Positions 38,752 through 52,860 of a stretch of DNA of 64,000 nucleotides are shown one piece after another; position 1 is the first letter of the stretch; the number at the start of each line of letters is the position of its first letter. The translations under genes and the position numbers were made by a program. Under the pieces are notes generated by a model, which saw only the letters and a program-made list of their open reading frames with translations, did not search any database and was not told the DNA's origin. Origin of the DNA: Laetmonice hystrix (Eukaryota); NCBI GenBank assembly GCA_965235115.1, contig OZ249436.1:2296001-2360000 (forward strand). The letters are read 5' to 3'.

Positions 38752-40205
38752 TACCTGGACAGGGACAGATTGAGAACCCAAGGTGGGAGGGGCTCAGTTT
38801 CAGGTGTACCCGGACAGGGACAGAGTCAGAACCCCAGGTGGGAGGGGCTCAGTTTCAGGTGTACCCGGGCAGGGACAGATTGAGAACCCCAGGTGGGAGG
38901 GGCTCAGTTTAAGGTGTACCCGGACAGGGACAGATTGAGAACCCCAGGTGGGAGGGGCTCAGTTTCAGGTGTACCCGGACAGGGACAGATTGAGAACCCA
39001 AGGTATGAGTGGCTCAGTTTCAGGTGTACCCGGACAGGGACAAATGCAGAATCCCAGGTGGGGAGGGCTCAGTTTCAGGGGTACCCGGACAGGGACAAAT
39101 GGAGAATCCCGGGTGGGAGGGCTCAGTTTCAGGTGTACCCAGGCAGGGACAGGTTGAGAACCCCAGGTGGGAGGGGCTCAGTTTCAGGTATACCCGGACA
39201 GGGACAGATTGAGAACCCCAGGTGGGAGGGGCTCAGTTTCAGGTATACCCGGACAGGGACAGATTTAGAACCCCAGGTGGGAGGGGCTTAGTTTCAGGTG
39301 TACCCGGGCAGGGACAGATTGAGAACCCCAGGTGGGAGGGGCTCAGTTTAAGGTGTACCCGGACAGGGACAGATTGAGAACCCCAGGTGGGAGGGGCTCA
39401 GTTTCAGGTGTACCCGGACAGGGACAGATTGAGAACCCAAGGTAGGAGTGGCTCAGTTTCAGGTGTACCCGGACAGGGACAAATGCAGAATCCCAGGTGG
39501 GGAGGGCTCAGTTTCAGGGGTACCCGGACAGGGACAAATGGAGAATCCCGGGTGGGAGGGCTCAGTTTCAGGTGTACCCAGACAGGGACAGGTTGAGAAC
39601 CCCAGGTGGGAGGGGCTCAGTTTCAGGTATACCCGGACAGGGACAGATTGAGAACCCAAGGTAGGAGGGGCTCAGTTTCAGGTGTACCCGGGCAGGGACA
39701 GATTGAGAACCCCAGGTGGGAGGGGCTCAGTTTAAGGTGTACCCGGACAGGGACAGATTGAGAACCCCAGGTGGGAGGGGCTCAGTTTAAGGTGTACCCG
39801 GACAGGGACAGATTGAGAACCCCAGGTGGGAGGGGCTCAGTTTCAGGTGTACCCGGACAGGGACAGATTGAGAACCCAAGGTAGGAGTGGCTCAGTTTCA
39901 GGTGTACCCGGACAGGGACAAATGGAGAATCCCGGGTGGGAGGGCTCAGTTTCAGGGGTACCCGGACAGGGACAAATGGAGAATCCCGGGTGGGAGGGCT
40001 CAGTTTCAGGTGTACCCAGACAGGGACAGGTTGAGAACCCCAGGTGGGAGGGGCTCAGTTCCAGATGTACCCGGACAGGGACAGATTGAGAACCCCAGGT
40101 GGGGAGGGCTCAGTTTCAGGTTTACCCGGACAGGGACAGATTGGGAACCCCAGGTGGGAGGGGCTCAGTTCCAGATGTACCCGGACAGGGACAGATGGGA
40201 ACCCC
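38752..40205. repeat. 55-bp minisatellite ~26 copies with 439-bp (8-mer) higher-order period
   Basis: cagggacagattgagaaccccaggtgggaggggctcagtttcaggtgtacccgga; equivalent variant blocks start at 38948, 39387 and 39826. Confidence 0.93.
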
Positions 40206-40909
40206 CAGTTGAGGTGTATCCAGAATAGGCTTGGCCAAGCCCAGGTAGTTCTGTATGTATCCTGGGATCCTCACGAGCCGACAACACCCAATCACAGAAA
40301 CCCCGTGTATTTATGAAAGCTGTGTGGGAGCCCTGCCACTGAACCACATACAGCGACAGCAACCCATGGGAAGGTGGCCGTAGAACAGGGTACTATCTCC
40401 ACCATCGCACACTCTCAAAGTTAATTCAGTAATCATTTTGTGGTGGAATCAGACCGAGTACAAACCAGACGGTCGGCAGGCCACAGAGGTAACCGTCCAT
40501 CTAAACGTCCCACAACATCTGTTAGAGTGGAATACCTGCCTGGTGGAGATAACACACTTTTACATTGCTACAGGCAGTAAGGACTGATTGTCTTGATGTG
40601 GGGACCCCAAACATATTACTCTACCTTGGGACAGGCCCGGAGGCCGGTACAGATTGACTTTATCAGTCCATGAGCCTTGGAACTTCGCCGCTCCATGCAA
40701 TCATTTAGATTAGGCTGTCAGAAAACTTCCAAATAAACTCGGCTCATTCTTAGAACGCGTATAGAAAATGGTCACTTAGGGATGTTTCCATTAATATCCC
40801 TGATTACAGGACATAATCTAATCAAAGACTTTCTACACGGAACAGTTGAATGGAATTTAAAACGTTCTCCCCTGAGATAACGACGATATGGTGGTTAAAG
40901 ATGGCATAA

Positions 40910-42440
40910 TGGTGACTGGAGGGACTGGAGGGACTGGAGAGAGTTCTATGGCTAGCACCGAGTCCCGCGCTGATGGAGCTGGTGACTGGAGGGACTGGAG
41001 AGAGTTCTATGGCTAGTCATGGCTAGCACCGAGTCCCGCGCTGATGGAGCTGGTGACTGGAGGGACTGGAGAGAGTTCTATGGCTAGTCATGGCTAGCAC
41101 CGAGTCCCGCGCTGGCCGTAATGGAGCTGGTGACTGGAGGGACTGGAGATAGTTCTATGGCTAGTCATGGCTAGCACCGAGTCCCGCGCTGATGGAGCTG
41201 GTGACTGGAGGGACTGGAGAGAGTTCTATGGCTAGTCATGGCTAGCACCGAGTCCCGCGCTGATGGAGCTGGTGACTGGAGGGACTGGAGAGAGTTCTAT
41301 GGCTAGTCATGGCTAGCACCGAGTCCCGCGCTGATGGAGCTGGTGACTGGAGGGACTGGAGAGAGTTCTATGGCTAGTCATGGCTAGCACCGAGTCCCGC
41401 GCTGATGGAGCTGGTGACTGGAGGGACTGGAGAGAGTTCTATGGCTAGTCATGGCTAGTACCGAGTCCCGCAGTGGCCGTAATGGAGCTGGTGACTGGAG
41501 GGAGTGGAGAGAGTTCTATGGCTAGTCATGGCTAGCACCGAGTCCCGCGCTGATGGAGCTGGTGACTGGAGGGACTGGAGAGAGTTCTATGGCTAGTCAT
41601 GGCTAGCACCGAGTCCCGCGCTGGCCGTAATGGAGCTGGTGACTGGAGAGAGTTCTATGGCTAGTCATGGCTAGCACCGAGTCCCGCGCTGATGGAGCTG
41701 GTGACTGGAGGGACTAGAGAGAGTTCTATGGCTAGTCATGGCTAGCACCGAGTCCCACAGTGGCCGTAATGGAGCTGGTGACTGGAGGGACTGGAGAGAG
41801 TTCTATGGCTAGTCATGGCTAGCACCGAGTCCCGCGCTGGTGGAGCTGGTGACTGGAGGGACTGGAGAGAGTTCTATGGCTAGTCATGGCTAGCACCGAG
41901 TCCCGCGCTGATGGAGCTGGTGACTGGAGGGACTGGAGAGAGTTCTATGGCTAGTCATGGCTAGCACCGAGTCCCGCAGTGGCCGTAATGGAGCTGGTGA
42001 CTGGAGGGACTGGAGAGAGTTCTATGGCTAGTCATGGCTAGCACCGAGTCCCGCGCTGGCCGTAATGGAGCTGGTGACTGGAGGGACTGGAGAGAGTTCT
42101 ATGGCTAGTCATGGCTAGCACCGAGTCCCGCGCTGATGGAGCTGGTGACTGGTGGGACTGGAGAGAGTTCTATGGCTAGTCATGGCTAGTACCGAGTCCC
42201 GCAGTGGCCGTAATGGAGCTGGTGACTGGAGGGACTGGAGAGAGTTCTATGGCTAGTCATGGCTAGCACCGAGTCCCGCAGTGGTCGTAATGGAGCTGGT
42301 GACTGGAGGGACTGGAGAGTGTTCTATGGCTAGTCATGGCTAGCACCGAGTCCCGCGCTGGCCGTAATGGAGCTGGTGACTGGAGGGACTGGAGAGTGTT
42401 CTATGGCTAGTCATGGCTAGCACCGAGTCCCGCAGTGGCC
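40910..42440. repeat. ~70-77 bp minisatellite ~21 copies
   Basis: atggagctggtgactggagggactggagagagttctatggctagtcatggctagcaccgagtcccgcgctg. Confidence 0.95.
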
Positions 42441-43454
42441 GTATTGGCTGTGCTCCTATAACACAATAAATCACGTAGAAATGCGCAGAGATATGTTTGA
42501 TAGTGACAGCCGACATGTGTGGAAGGCAGAGATTGCACAGGCGACCAGAAAAACGTCGCTGTCACAGCTCCCAATGCTCGCCTCTTATTGCACAATGGTC
42601 TTGTTAATGTGTTCCGGCGCGATTCGACTTTTCTAGCTCCCCGCCGGAAGCGTTTAGTGACGCTATGGCGGGTGTTTTACGTTAGATATGACCTGCCATA
42701 TTGTTAGTCCAATTTACACGCGGTTGCTAATGGAAGCACCTCGGATGATTGCTGTATTAGAGACAATAAATGGGCTCGTCTACAAATGAGTGTCGCTGAT
42801 ATACGCTAATCGTTAACAGCAATCAAAATACGACCAATCGGCAGTTTAAATTCATTGAAATCACTGGCATGAAAAAGGCGCCATAGATTAAAAGTAATAC
42901 TTGTTTATTCATGAAACATCAGTTTTGAAATTTATTCAGCATCAGGGAATTTTCTTTTGTCATAATTATGGATTTTCTAAGCGATGGTAATGCCGGCATT
43001 GTGCAGCAGTTCACAAACTTTTAACAAAGTTTTAAAATCCCTGTGACTGAATATTTCTTCCTTGAAAGACTATTGTCTTTTTAGCACAATGAAAATAATT
43101 TAGTTTGGGAAATGAGCTGATGTCATCTTATCGGTGGTGGATATCTCTGTAAGGAGATGGTGTTTCCTGATAGGAGAGTGTTGCCATGTACGAGACGCGC
43201 CATGTTTTCTGTGGTCGAGTCGTTGATGGGCTGGTATATGTACAGGAGTCGTAGTTGTATGTAAGATATGGTCCGGCAGACATGAGGCGCCATGGACGGC
43301 CGGTCGTGTGTACACACTGACAGATTGATTCTGTGATTGTCATCTCTTACTATCGTCTCTCCCTGTCCCTGACTGATGGTAGTGTCAGAATCCCAGGGCC
43401 TGTTCACAAAGTACATGGAAAGATTAGTGGCAACGGTCGGACTTGGGCAGCTCC

Positions 43455-43950
43455 GGGTGGTGCGTTGTAACAGCAACCTCTTCGTTAATCGTTAGGGTGG
43501 TGCGTTGTAACAGCAACCTGTTCGTTAATCTTTAACCTCTTCGTTAATCTTTAGGGTGGTACATTGTAACGACAACCTCTTCGTTAATCGTTAGGGTGAT
43601 ACGTTGTAACAACTTCTTCGCTAATTTTCCGGGTGGTCCGTTGTAACGACAACCTCTTCGTTAATCTTTATGGTGGTGCGTTGTAACAGCAACCTCTTCG
43701 TTAATCTTTAGGGTGGTGCGTTGTAACAGCAACCTCTTCGTTAATCTTTAGGGTGATACGTTCTAACAACTTCTTCGTTAATCTTCAGGGTGATACGTTG
43801 TAACGACAACTTCTTCGTTAATTTTCAGGGTGGTGCGTTGTAACGACAGTTTCTTCGTTAATTTTTAGAGTGGTACATTGTAACGATAACTTCTTCGTTA
43901 ATCTTTAGGGTGGTGCGTTGTAACAGCAACCTCTTCGTTAATCTTTAGGG
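43455..43950. repeat. ~39-bp degenerate minisatellite
   Basis: agggtggtgcgttgtaacagcaacctcttcgttaatcttt. Confidence 0.9.
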
Positions 43951-44270
43951 GCTGACCATTGAATTTTGATGGGGGAGGAATAACTCGACAGATTTTTTTA
44001 GCTCCTTTCAAACTTGTGCGTGTCACAGTAATATAACGACAAAAACGCATATTTCAATCAGAATTAGAGAAAACACAACTGAATTAGAAAGGCACGTGAA
44101 AGCCTGTAGGGACGGTTTCTGCAGGGATTTTTTTAATACGTGATTTTTCCAATGTAGACTATGTGCCATTATTGCGATTTGACATGCACAAGTCGTATAT
44201 TAATTCAATGGTTTTAGGTTCTTTTTGTTTCAAGAGGATTTGTAGAGTTGATGAATATAGAATGGATAAA

Positions 44271-45118
44271 ATTAACGGAAGAGTTCTGTACTAATTAACG
44301 GAAGAGTTCTGTATTAATTAACGGAAGAGTTCTGTATTAATTAACGGAAGAGTTCTGTACTAATTAACGGAAGAGTTCTGTATTAATTAACGGAAGAGTT
44401 CTGTATTAATTAACGGAACAGTTCTGTAGTAATTAACGGAACAGTTCTGTACTAATTAACGGAAGAGTTCTGTACTAATTAACGGAAGAGTTCTGTACTA
44501 ATTAACGGAAGAGTTCTGTATTAATTAACGGAAGAGTTCTGTACTAATTAACGAAAGAGTTCTGTACTAATTAACGGAAGAGTTCTGTATTAATTAACGG
44601 AAGAGTTCTGTATTAATTAACGGAACAGTTCTGTACTAATTAACGGAAGAGTTCTGTATTAATTAACGGAAGAGTTCTGTATTAATTAACGGAAGAGTTC
44701 TGTATTAATTAACGGAACAGTTCTGTACTAATTAACGGAAGAGTTCTGTACTAATTAACGGAAGAGTTCTGTACTAATTAACGGAAGAGTTCTGTACTAA
44801 TTAACGGAAGAGTTCTGTACTAATTAACGGAAGAGTTCTGTACTAATTAACGAAAGAGTTCTGTACTAATTAACGGAAGAGTTCTGTATTAATTAACGGA
44901 AGAGTTCTGTATTAATTAACGGAACAGTTCTGTATTAATTAACGGAACAGTTCTGTATTAATTAACGGAAGAGTTCTGTACTAATTAACGGAAGAGTTCT
45001 GTACTAATTAACGGAAGAGTTCTGTACTAATTAACGGAAGAGTTCTGTACTAATTAACGGAAGAGTTCTGTATTAATTAACGGAAGAGTTCTGTATTAAT
45101 TAACGGAAGAGTTCTGTA
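44271..45118. repeat. 23-bp minisatellite ~37 copies
   Basis: aattaacggaagagttctgtact. Confidence 0.96.
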
Positions 45119-45537
45119 GTAACCTGAAGCACGAAACGCAAACGTTCGATATGAAATGAGGATAGATCTTGTCGTGTCATGTTCACGATGTTATTGATGT
45201 CCGCATGATATCAAAATAATGTTTCTTTTGGAAGTTATATTTTCTCGCCAGATTAATTAGCCTTGATTAGATTCACAGATTGTACTAGTACTCTTCACCA
45301 GGAGATATAACAAGTACAAACAAATGATCATGTGCCCGTTTCTGCCCCTGACTGGTATCCCATCTTCTGGCGTTCTCACAGTAATCGATTTGATTTCACG
45401 TTGCCTTGCTGGGTTTCGTACATCCCTGTATCACATCAAAGAACAGATCTAGGTCGACGTTTGAGATCAATAGGCGTCTTTGTTTTATCGATAGGTTTTA
45501 GTCTGTCATTCTCCATGCCTGAATGGGTACAAATGTT

Positions 45538-46872
45538 ACTTCAAGACCATCTCATAACTGACGGTCTACTTCAGGGCCATCTCATAACTAACGGTCTACT
45601 TCAGGGCCATCTCATAACTAACGGTCTACTTCAAGGCCATCCCATAACTAACGGTCTACTTCAGGGCCATCTCATAACTAACGGTCTACTTCAAGACCAT
45701 CTCATAACTAACGGTCTACTTCAAGGTCATCTCATAACTAACGGTCTACTTCAAGGCCATCTCATAACTAACGGTCTACTTCAAGACCATCTCATAACTA
45801 ACGATCTACTTCAGGGCCATCTCATAACTAACGGTCTACTTCAGGGCCATCTCATAACTAACGGTCTACTTCAAGACCATCTCATAACTAACGGTCTACT
45901 TCAAGACCATCTCATAACTAACGGTCTACTTCAAGGTCATCTCATAACTAGCGGTCTACTTCAGGGCCATCTCATAACTAACGGTCTACTTCAAGACCAT
46001 CTCATAACTAACGGTCTACTTCAGGGCCATCTCATAACTAACGGTCTACTTCAAGACCATCTCATAACTAACGGTCTACTTCAAGACCATCTCATAACTA
46101 ACGGTCTACTTCAAGACCATCTCATAACTAACGGTCTACTTCAGGGCCATCTCATAACTGACGGTCTACTTCAGGGCCATCTCATAACTAAGTGTCTACT
46201 TCAAGACCATCTCATAACTAACGGTCTACTTCAGGGCCATCTCATAACTAACGGTCTACTTCAAGACCATCTCATAACTAACGGTCTACTTCAAGACCAT
46301 CTTATAACTAACGGTCTACTTCAAGACCATCTCATAACTAGCGGTCTACTTCAGGGCCATCTCATAACTAACGGTCTACTTCAAGACCATCTCATAACTA
46401 ACGGTCTACTTCAAGACCATCTCATAACTAACGGTCTACTTCAGGGCCATCTCATAACTAACGGTCTACTTCAAGACCATCTCATAACTAACGGTCTACT
46501 TCAAGACCATCTCATAACTAACGGTCTACTTCAAGACCATCTCATAACTAACGGTCTACTTCAAGGTCATCTCATAACTAACGGTCTACTTCAGGGCCAT
46601 CTCATAACTAACGGTCTACTTCAAGACCATCTCATAACTAACGATCTACTTCAAGACCATCTCATAACTACCGGTCTACTTCAACACCATCTCATAACTA
46701 ACGGTCTACTTCAGGGCCATCTCATAACTAACGGTCTACTTCAAGGCCATCTCATAACTAACGGTCTACTTCAACACCATCTCATAACTAACGGTCTACT
46801 TCAAGGTCATCTCATAACTAACGTTCTACTTTAAAACCATCCCATAACTAACTGTCTACTTCAAGACCATCT
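45538..46872. repeat. 30-bp minisatellite, left arm (~44 copies)
   Basis: tcaagaccatctcataactaacggtctact. Confidence 0.97.
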
Positions 46873-47499
46873 AACTAACTAACTATTCTGGCCCCAGACT
46901 CACTCAACAATATGAAATTTACTTTAAGAAACTGTGTCGGTAAAGGTCTTCCACGTTACTACTCTTAGCCTGTCCGAACAATGGTGTTATCTTCCCAGGA
47001 TATTTATGAGTGACTGTTAGTGTCCACTACGCTGTATTACACTGTGCTTACTTAGTGTTTTATACACTGGCTGCCTAATGTATTATGTTTGGTACTCACA
47101 CTGTCAGAGGCCCCCAGAGAATTCAGACTGTAATTGTACTCTACTCTTTAGTTTCTTGCCTGGTCACTATAGATCAGTTAAGGTCGGTAAGATTTCGACT
47201 GTCACTTCAGATTAACCTGTTTAATTACTAACTAGCTGGGGTTATTACATTATGGCACGATGCCAAGTTGTCTATCTAAGCACCGTTGATGACAGAGGGC
47301 TGCTTTTTTATGCAGTATGGGATTGTTTGTGCTTAACAGGGTTATTACGAGTTTAAGATTGCATGTAAATATGTTCTAAATCCACAGAAGAGTTGTTATT
47401 GTAGTGGTATACAGCTGCCTTGGTAAGGTGGGAGGGTTGAAAAGCCTCTTTGCGGAACCCGTTCTTGTAATCCCAGGATAAATAAAAGATTTTAAAAAA
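46873..47499 (+). mobile_element. 5'-truncated non-LTR retrotransposon 3' end (CR1/L2-like) inserted in the array
   Basis: Unique 627 bp ending in AATAAA (47481) plus an A-tail. aagaccatct is duplicated at 46863-46872 and 47500-47509, out of unit register. The 5' part reads TILAPDSLNNMKFTLRN, reminiscent of CR1/L2 ORF2 C-termini (inference). Confidence 0.72.
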
Positions 47500-50400
47500 A
47501 AGACCATCTCATAACTAACGGTCTACTTCAGGGCCATCTCATAACTAACGGTCTACTTCAGGGCCATCTCATAACTAACGGTCTACTTCAAGACCATCTC
47601 ATAACTAACGGTCTACTTCAAGACCATCTCATAACTAACGGTCTACTTCAAGACCATCTCATAACTAACGGTCTACTTCAAGACCATCTCATAACTAACG
47701 GTCTACTTCAAGGCCATCTCATAACTAACGGTCTACTTCAAGGTCATCTCATAACTAACGGTCTACTTCAGGGCCATCTCATAACTAACGGTCTACTTCA
47801 AGACCATCTCATAACTAACGATCTACTTCAAGACCATCTCATAACTACCGGTCTACTTCAACACCATCTCATAACTAACGGTCTACTTCAGGGCCATCTC
47901 ATAACTAACGGTCTACTTCAAGGCCATCTCATAACTAACGGTCTACTTCAGGGCCATCTCATAACTAACGGTCTACTTCAAGACCATCTCATAACTAACG
48001 GTCTACTTCAAGACCATCTCATAACTAACGGTCTACTTCAAGACCATCTCATAACTAACGGTCTACTTCAAGACCATCTCATAACTAACGGTCTACTTCA
48101 AGACGATCTCATAACTAACGGTCTACTTCAAGACCATCTCATAACTAACGGTCTACTTCAGGGCCATCTCATAACTAACGGTCTACTTCAACACCATCTC
48201 ATAACTAACGGTCTACTTCAACACCATCTCATAACTAACGGTCTACTTCAACACCATCTCATAACTAACGGTCTACTTCAACACCATCTCATAACTAACG
48301 GTCTACTTCAAGACCATCTCATAACTAACGGTCTACTTCAGGGCCATCTCATAACTAACGGTCTACTTCAACACCATCTCATAACTAACGGTCTACTTCA
48401 AGACCATCTCATAACTAACGGTCTACTTCAGGGCCATCTCATAACTAACGGTCTACTTCAAGACCATCTCATAACTAACGGTCTACTTCAAGACCATCTC
48501 ATAACTAACGGTCTACTTCAAGACCATCTCATAACTAACGGTCTACTTCAAGACCATCTCATAACTAACGGTCTACTTCAAGACCATCTCATAACTAACG
48601 GTCTACTTCAGGGCCATCTCATAACTAACGGTCTACTTCAGGGCCATCTCATAACTAACGGTCTACTTCAGGGCCATCTCATAACTAACGGTCTACTTCA
48701 AGACCATCTCATAACTAACAGTCTACTTCAGGGCCATCTCATAACTACCGGGCTACTTCAGGGCCATGTCATAACTACCGGGCTACTTCAGGGCCATCTC
48801 ATAACTAACGGTCTACTTCAAGACCATCTCATAACTAACGGTCTACTTCAAGACCATCTCATAACTAACGGTCTACTTCAGGGCCATCTCATAACTAACG
48901 GTCTACTTCAGGGCCATGTCATAACTAACGGTCTACTTCAAGACCATCTCATAACTAACGGTCTACTTCAGGGCCATCTCATAACTAACGGTCTACTTCA
49001 AGACCATCTCATAACTAACGGTCTACTTCAGGGCCATCTCATAACTACCGGGCTACTTCAACACCATCTCATAACTAACGGTCTTCTTCAAGGCCATCTC
49101 ATAACTAACGGTCTACTTCAGGGCCATCTCATAACTAACGGTCTACTTCAAGACCATCTCATAACTAACGGTCTACTTCAACACCATCTCATAACTAACG
49201 GTCTACTTCAGGGCCATCTCATAACTAACGGTCTACTTCAGGGCCATCTCATAACTAACGGTCTACTTCAAGACCATCTCATAACTAACGGTCTACTTCA
49301 AGACCATCTCATAACTAACGGTCTACTTCAAGACCATCTCATAACTAACGGTCTACTTCAAGACCATCTCATAACTAACGGTCTACTTCAAGACCATCTC
49401 ATAACTAACGGTCTACTTCAAGGTCATCTCATAACTAACGGTCTACTTCAGGGCCATCTCATAACTAACGGTCTACTTCAGGGCCATCTCATAACTAACG
49501 GTATACTTCAAGACCATCTCATAACTAACGGTCTACTTCAAGACCATCTCATAACTAACGGTCTACTTCAAGGTCATCTCATAACTAACGGTCTACTTCA
49601 AGACCATCTCATAGCTAACGGTCTACTTCAAGACCATCTCATAACTAACGGTCTACTTCAAGACCATCTCATAACTAGCGCCATCCCATAACTAACGGTC
49701 TACTTCAAGGCCATCTCATAACTGACGGTCTACTTCAAGACGATCTCATAACTAACGGTCTACTTCAAGACCATCTCATAACTAACGGTCTACTTCAAGA
49801 CCATCTCATAACTAACGGTCTACTTCAAGACCATCTCATAACTAACGGTCTACTTCAGGGCCATCTCATAACTAACGGTCTACTTCAAGACTATCTCATA
49901 ACTAACGGTCTACTTCAACACCATCTCATAACTAACAGTCTACTTCAAGACCATCTCATAACTAACGGTCTACTTCAAGACCATCTCATAACTAACGGTC
50001 TACTTCAAGACCATCTCATAACTAACGGTCTACTTCAGGGCCATCTCATAACTAACGGTCTACTTCAGGGCCATCTCATAACTAACGGTCTACTTCAAGA
50101 CCATCTCATAACTAACGGTCTACTTCAAGACCATCTCATAACTAACGGTCTACTTCAGGGCCATCTCATAACTAACGGTCTACTTCAAGACCATCTCATA
50201 ACTAACGGTCTACTTCAAGACCATCTCATAACTAACGGTCTACTTCAAGGCCATCTCATAACTAACGGTCTACTTCAAGACCATCTCATAACTAACAGTC
50301 TACTTCAAGACCATCTCATAACTAACGGTCTACTTCAAGACCATCTCATAACTAACGGTCTACTTCAAGGCCATCCCATAACTAAAGGTCTACTTCAAGA

Positions 50401-50715
50401 CCATCTCATAACTAACGGTCTACTTCAAGACCATCTCATAACTAACGGTCTACTTCAAGGCCATCCCATAACTAAAGGTCTACTTCAAGACCATCTCATA
50501 ACTAACGGTCTACTTCAAGACGATCTCATAACTAACGGTCTACTTCAAGACCATCTCATAACTAAAGGTCTACTTCAAGACCATCTCATAACTAACGGTC
50601 TACTTCAAGACCATCTCATAACTAACAGTCTACTTCAAGACCATCTCATAACTAACGGTCTACTTCAAGGCCATCCCATAACTAAAGGTCTACTTCAAGA
50701 CCATCTCATAACTAC
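47500..50715. repeat. 30-bp minisatellite, right arm (~107 copies)
   Basis: Same unit as 45538-46872, with a register slip near 49680. Confidence 0.97.
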
Positions 50716-51842
50716 TGAATGATGCCGAAACGGACGAAAATATTGCGTCGAGAGAGAAAGAAGGTTAATATAGATATATTATACCAAGTAATTGGAATTT
50801 AAGGGGGCGGGGGAGAAAAATTAATAATTTAGTCTTTTTTTGCATAATTGATTTTTAACATGATCCTTTAATCGCCAGCACCATGTCGCCTCCCGCTGCC
50901 CCCGGCGTCGCTCGTGGTAAAGTCATTTAGATGTTGACACGCTGACGGCTACCATGTGATATTTCTTCACCAGACATGGACACAGACTTTAGGAACGATC
51001 TGGGATTCCTAATGTTATTAATGCTGCCACACAGCTTTAAAAACATATTCCCTTCTCAAATGATGGGCAAATATCTGCCAGCAGACTGGTGGGAAGGCCG
51101 TGCAGAGAATGCAAACAGAATTTAGGGGGATAGTGTTATATAATTGATTGGATTATTTATCCTCTATGACAGGTGGTGTCGATGGCAGTTGTTGACAGTC
51201 GGACCGGCTGGCATTCAGTGCCAGATCTGGGTGTCAGATTATATCGTGAATTTCTCTCACACTATGACATGTTGATCTCTGAGCTCAAACTGTGCGCAGA
51301 TTCTCAGACACGTTAAGCTGACACCTCAGAGGGTTAGCGGTATTATATGAGCACCAGATAGATTGATAATCTAGATATTATTTATCTCTTGCAATTACCA
51401 CGATACAAAGCGTGACATGAATCGTTATACCGTCGGTGGGTTCGCTGTATGGAAAGTGCCAGCTAATTCTGTCATTGTCACACTGGTATTGTAAAGATAC
51501 CATCATGACATATTACAATGTCACCGACATATTATTACCCCAGGCAGGTTCCATTAGAAGGCCAGCGAGCGATACGAGTTTGGGGAGGGATATATGCCAT
51601 CAGTCACGTGCAGTGTTGGACATGTGTGGGTGTCGCTAATTGCCATGGTCGATCTGTAACCTCATACTTGTATCTGTACAGCTATGTAATTCATAACGGT
51701 GGCAGATTGATTCGAGGTTAAAATGTCTCGCCTCTTATCAGGGAAGGCACATTATTGTGTACGATTACTTGCTGCATAGTCGGCGGTTTTCTGCGGGTAC
51801 TCCAGTTTTCGCCACCGAAACCCCAGGCTGCTGTGACGCGAG

Positions 51843-52248
51843 GGTTAGTAATACCTGGTTGACTGCCCTGGGTGCCTACAGATTCCGAGTGGGAAGGGAT
51901 AGACAGAGTCTGATCAAACCTGTGGACGGTAATACCTGGTTGACTGCCCTGGGTGCCTACAGATTCCGAGTGTGAAGGGTTAGACAGAGTCTGATCAAAC
52001 CTGTGGACGGTAATACCTGGTTGACTGCCCTGGGTGCCTACAGATTCCGAGTGTGAAGGGTTAGACAGAGTCTGATCAAACCTGTGGACGGTAATACCTG
52101 GTTGACTGCCCTGGGTGCCTACAGATTCCGAGTGTGAAGGGTTAGACAGAGTCTGATCAAACCTGTGGACGGTAATACCTGGTTGACTGCCCTGGGTGCC
52201 TACAGATTCCGAGTGGGAAGGGTTAGTCTGATCAAACCTGTGGACGGT
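51843..52248. repeat. ~81-bp minisatellite x5
   Basis: ggtaatacctggttgactgccctgggtgcctacagattccgagtgtgaagggttagacagagtctgatcaaacctgtggac. Confidence 0.94.
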
Positions 52249-52437
52249 ATCTCTCTGACAGGGAGAGAGATGGGGCTGGTTTAGTTTGACCTCTCTAATA
52301 CCGACTCGAGCAAAGGAAACTTATTACACGGTCTACAGTGTTCTGCATCTTCTTCAAAACAGGTTTGTACGAGCATTAAAATTAATGGCAACAGTCAGAC
52401 CGCAGTACGACTAACCCCCTCCATCGGTATGGGCTCG

Positions 52438-52860
52438 CCATTCCGGTAGCCATTGGTGGGTAGTTCAGTATGAGTTGGTCATTCCGGTAGCTGTTGGTGG
52501 GTAGTTGAGTATGAGTTGGTCATTCCGGTAGCCATTGGTGGGTAGTTCAGTATGAGTTGGTCATTCCGGTAGCTGTTGGTATGGGTTGGTCATTCCGGTA
52601 GCCGTTGGTGGGTTTTTCACTAGGGGTTGGTCATTCCGGTAGCTGTTGGTGGGTAGTTCAGTATGGGCTGGTCATCCCGGTAGCTATTGGTGGGTAGTTC
52701 AGTATGAGTTGCTCATTCCGGTAGCCGTTGGTGGGTAGTTCAGTATGAGTTGCTCATTCCGGTAGCCGTTGGTGGGTAGTTCAGTATGAGTTGGTCATTC
52801 CGGTAGCTGTTGGTGGGTAGTTCAGTATGAGTTGCTCATTCCGGTAACCGTTGGTGGGTA
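52438..52860. repeat. 41-bp minisatellite ~10 copies
   Basis: cattccggtagctgttggtgggtagttcagtatgagttggt. Confidence 0.93.

Noticed and set aside
45332..46834. 500-aa ORF of 10-aa repeats (HLITNGLLQD/G)
   Set aside because: It is a stop-free frame of a 30-bp minisatellite. It starts at GTG, unit variants are largely non-synonymous, and the array is interrupted by a retroelement.
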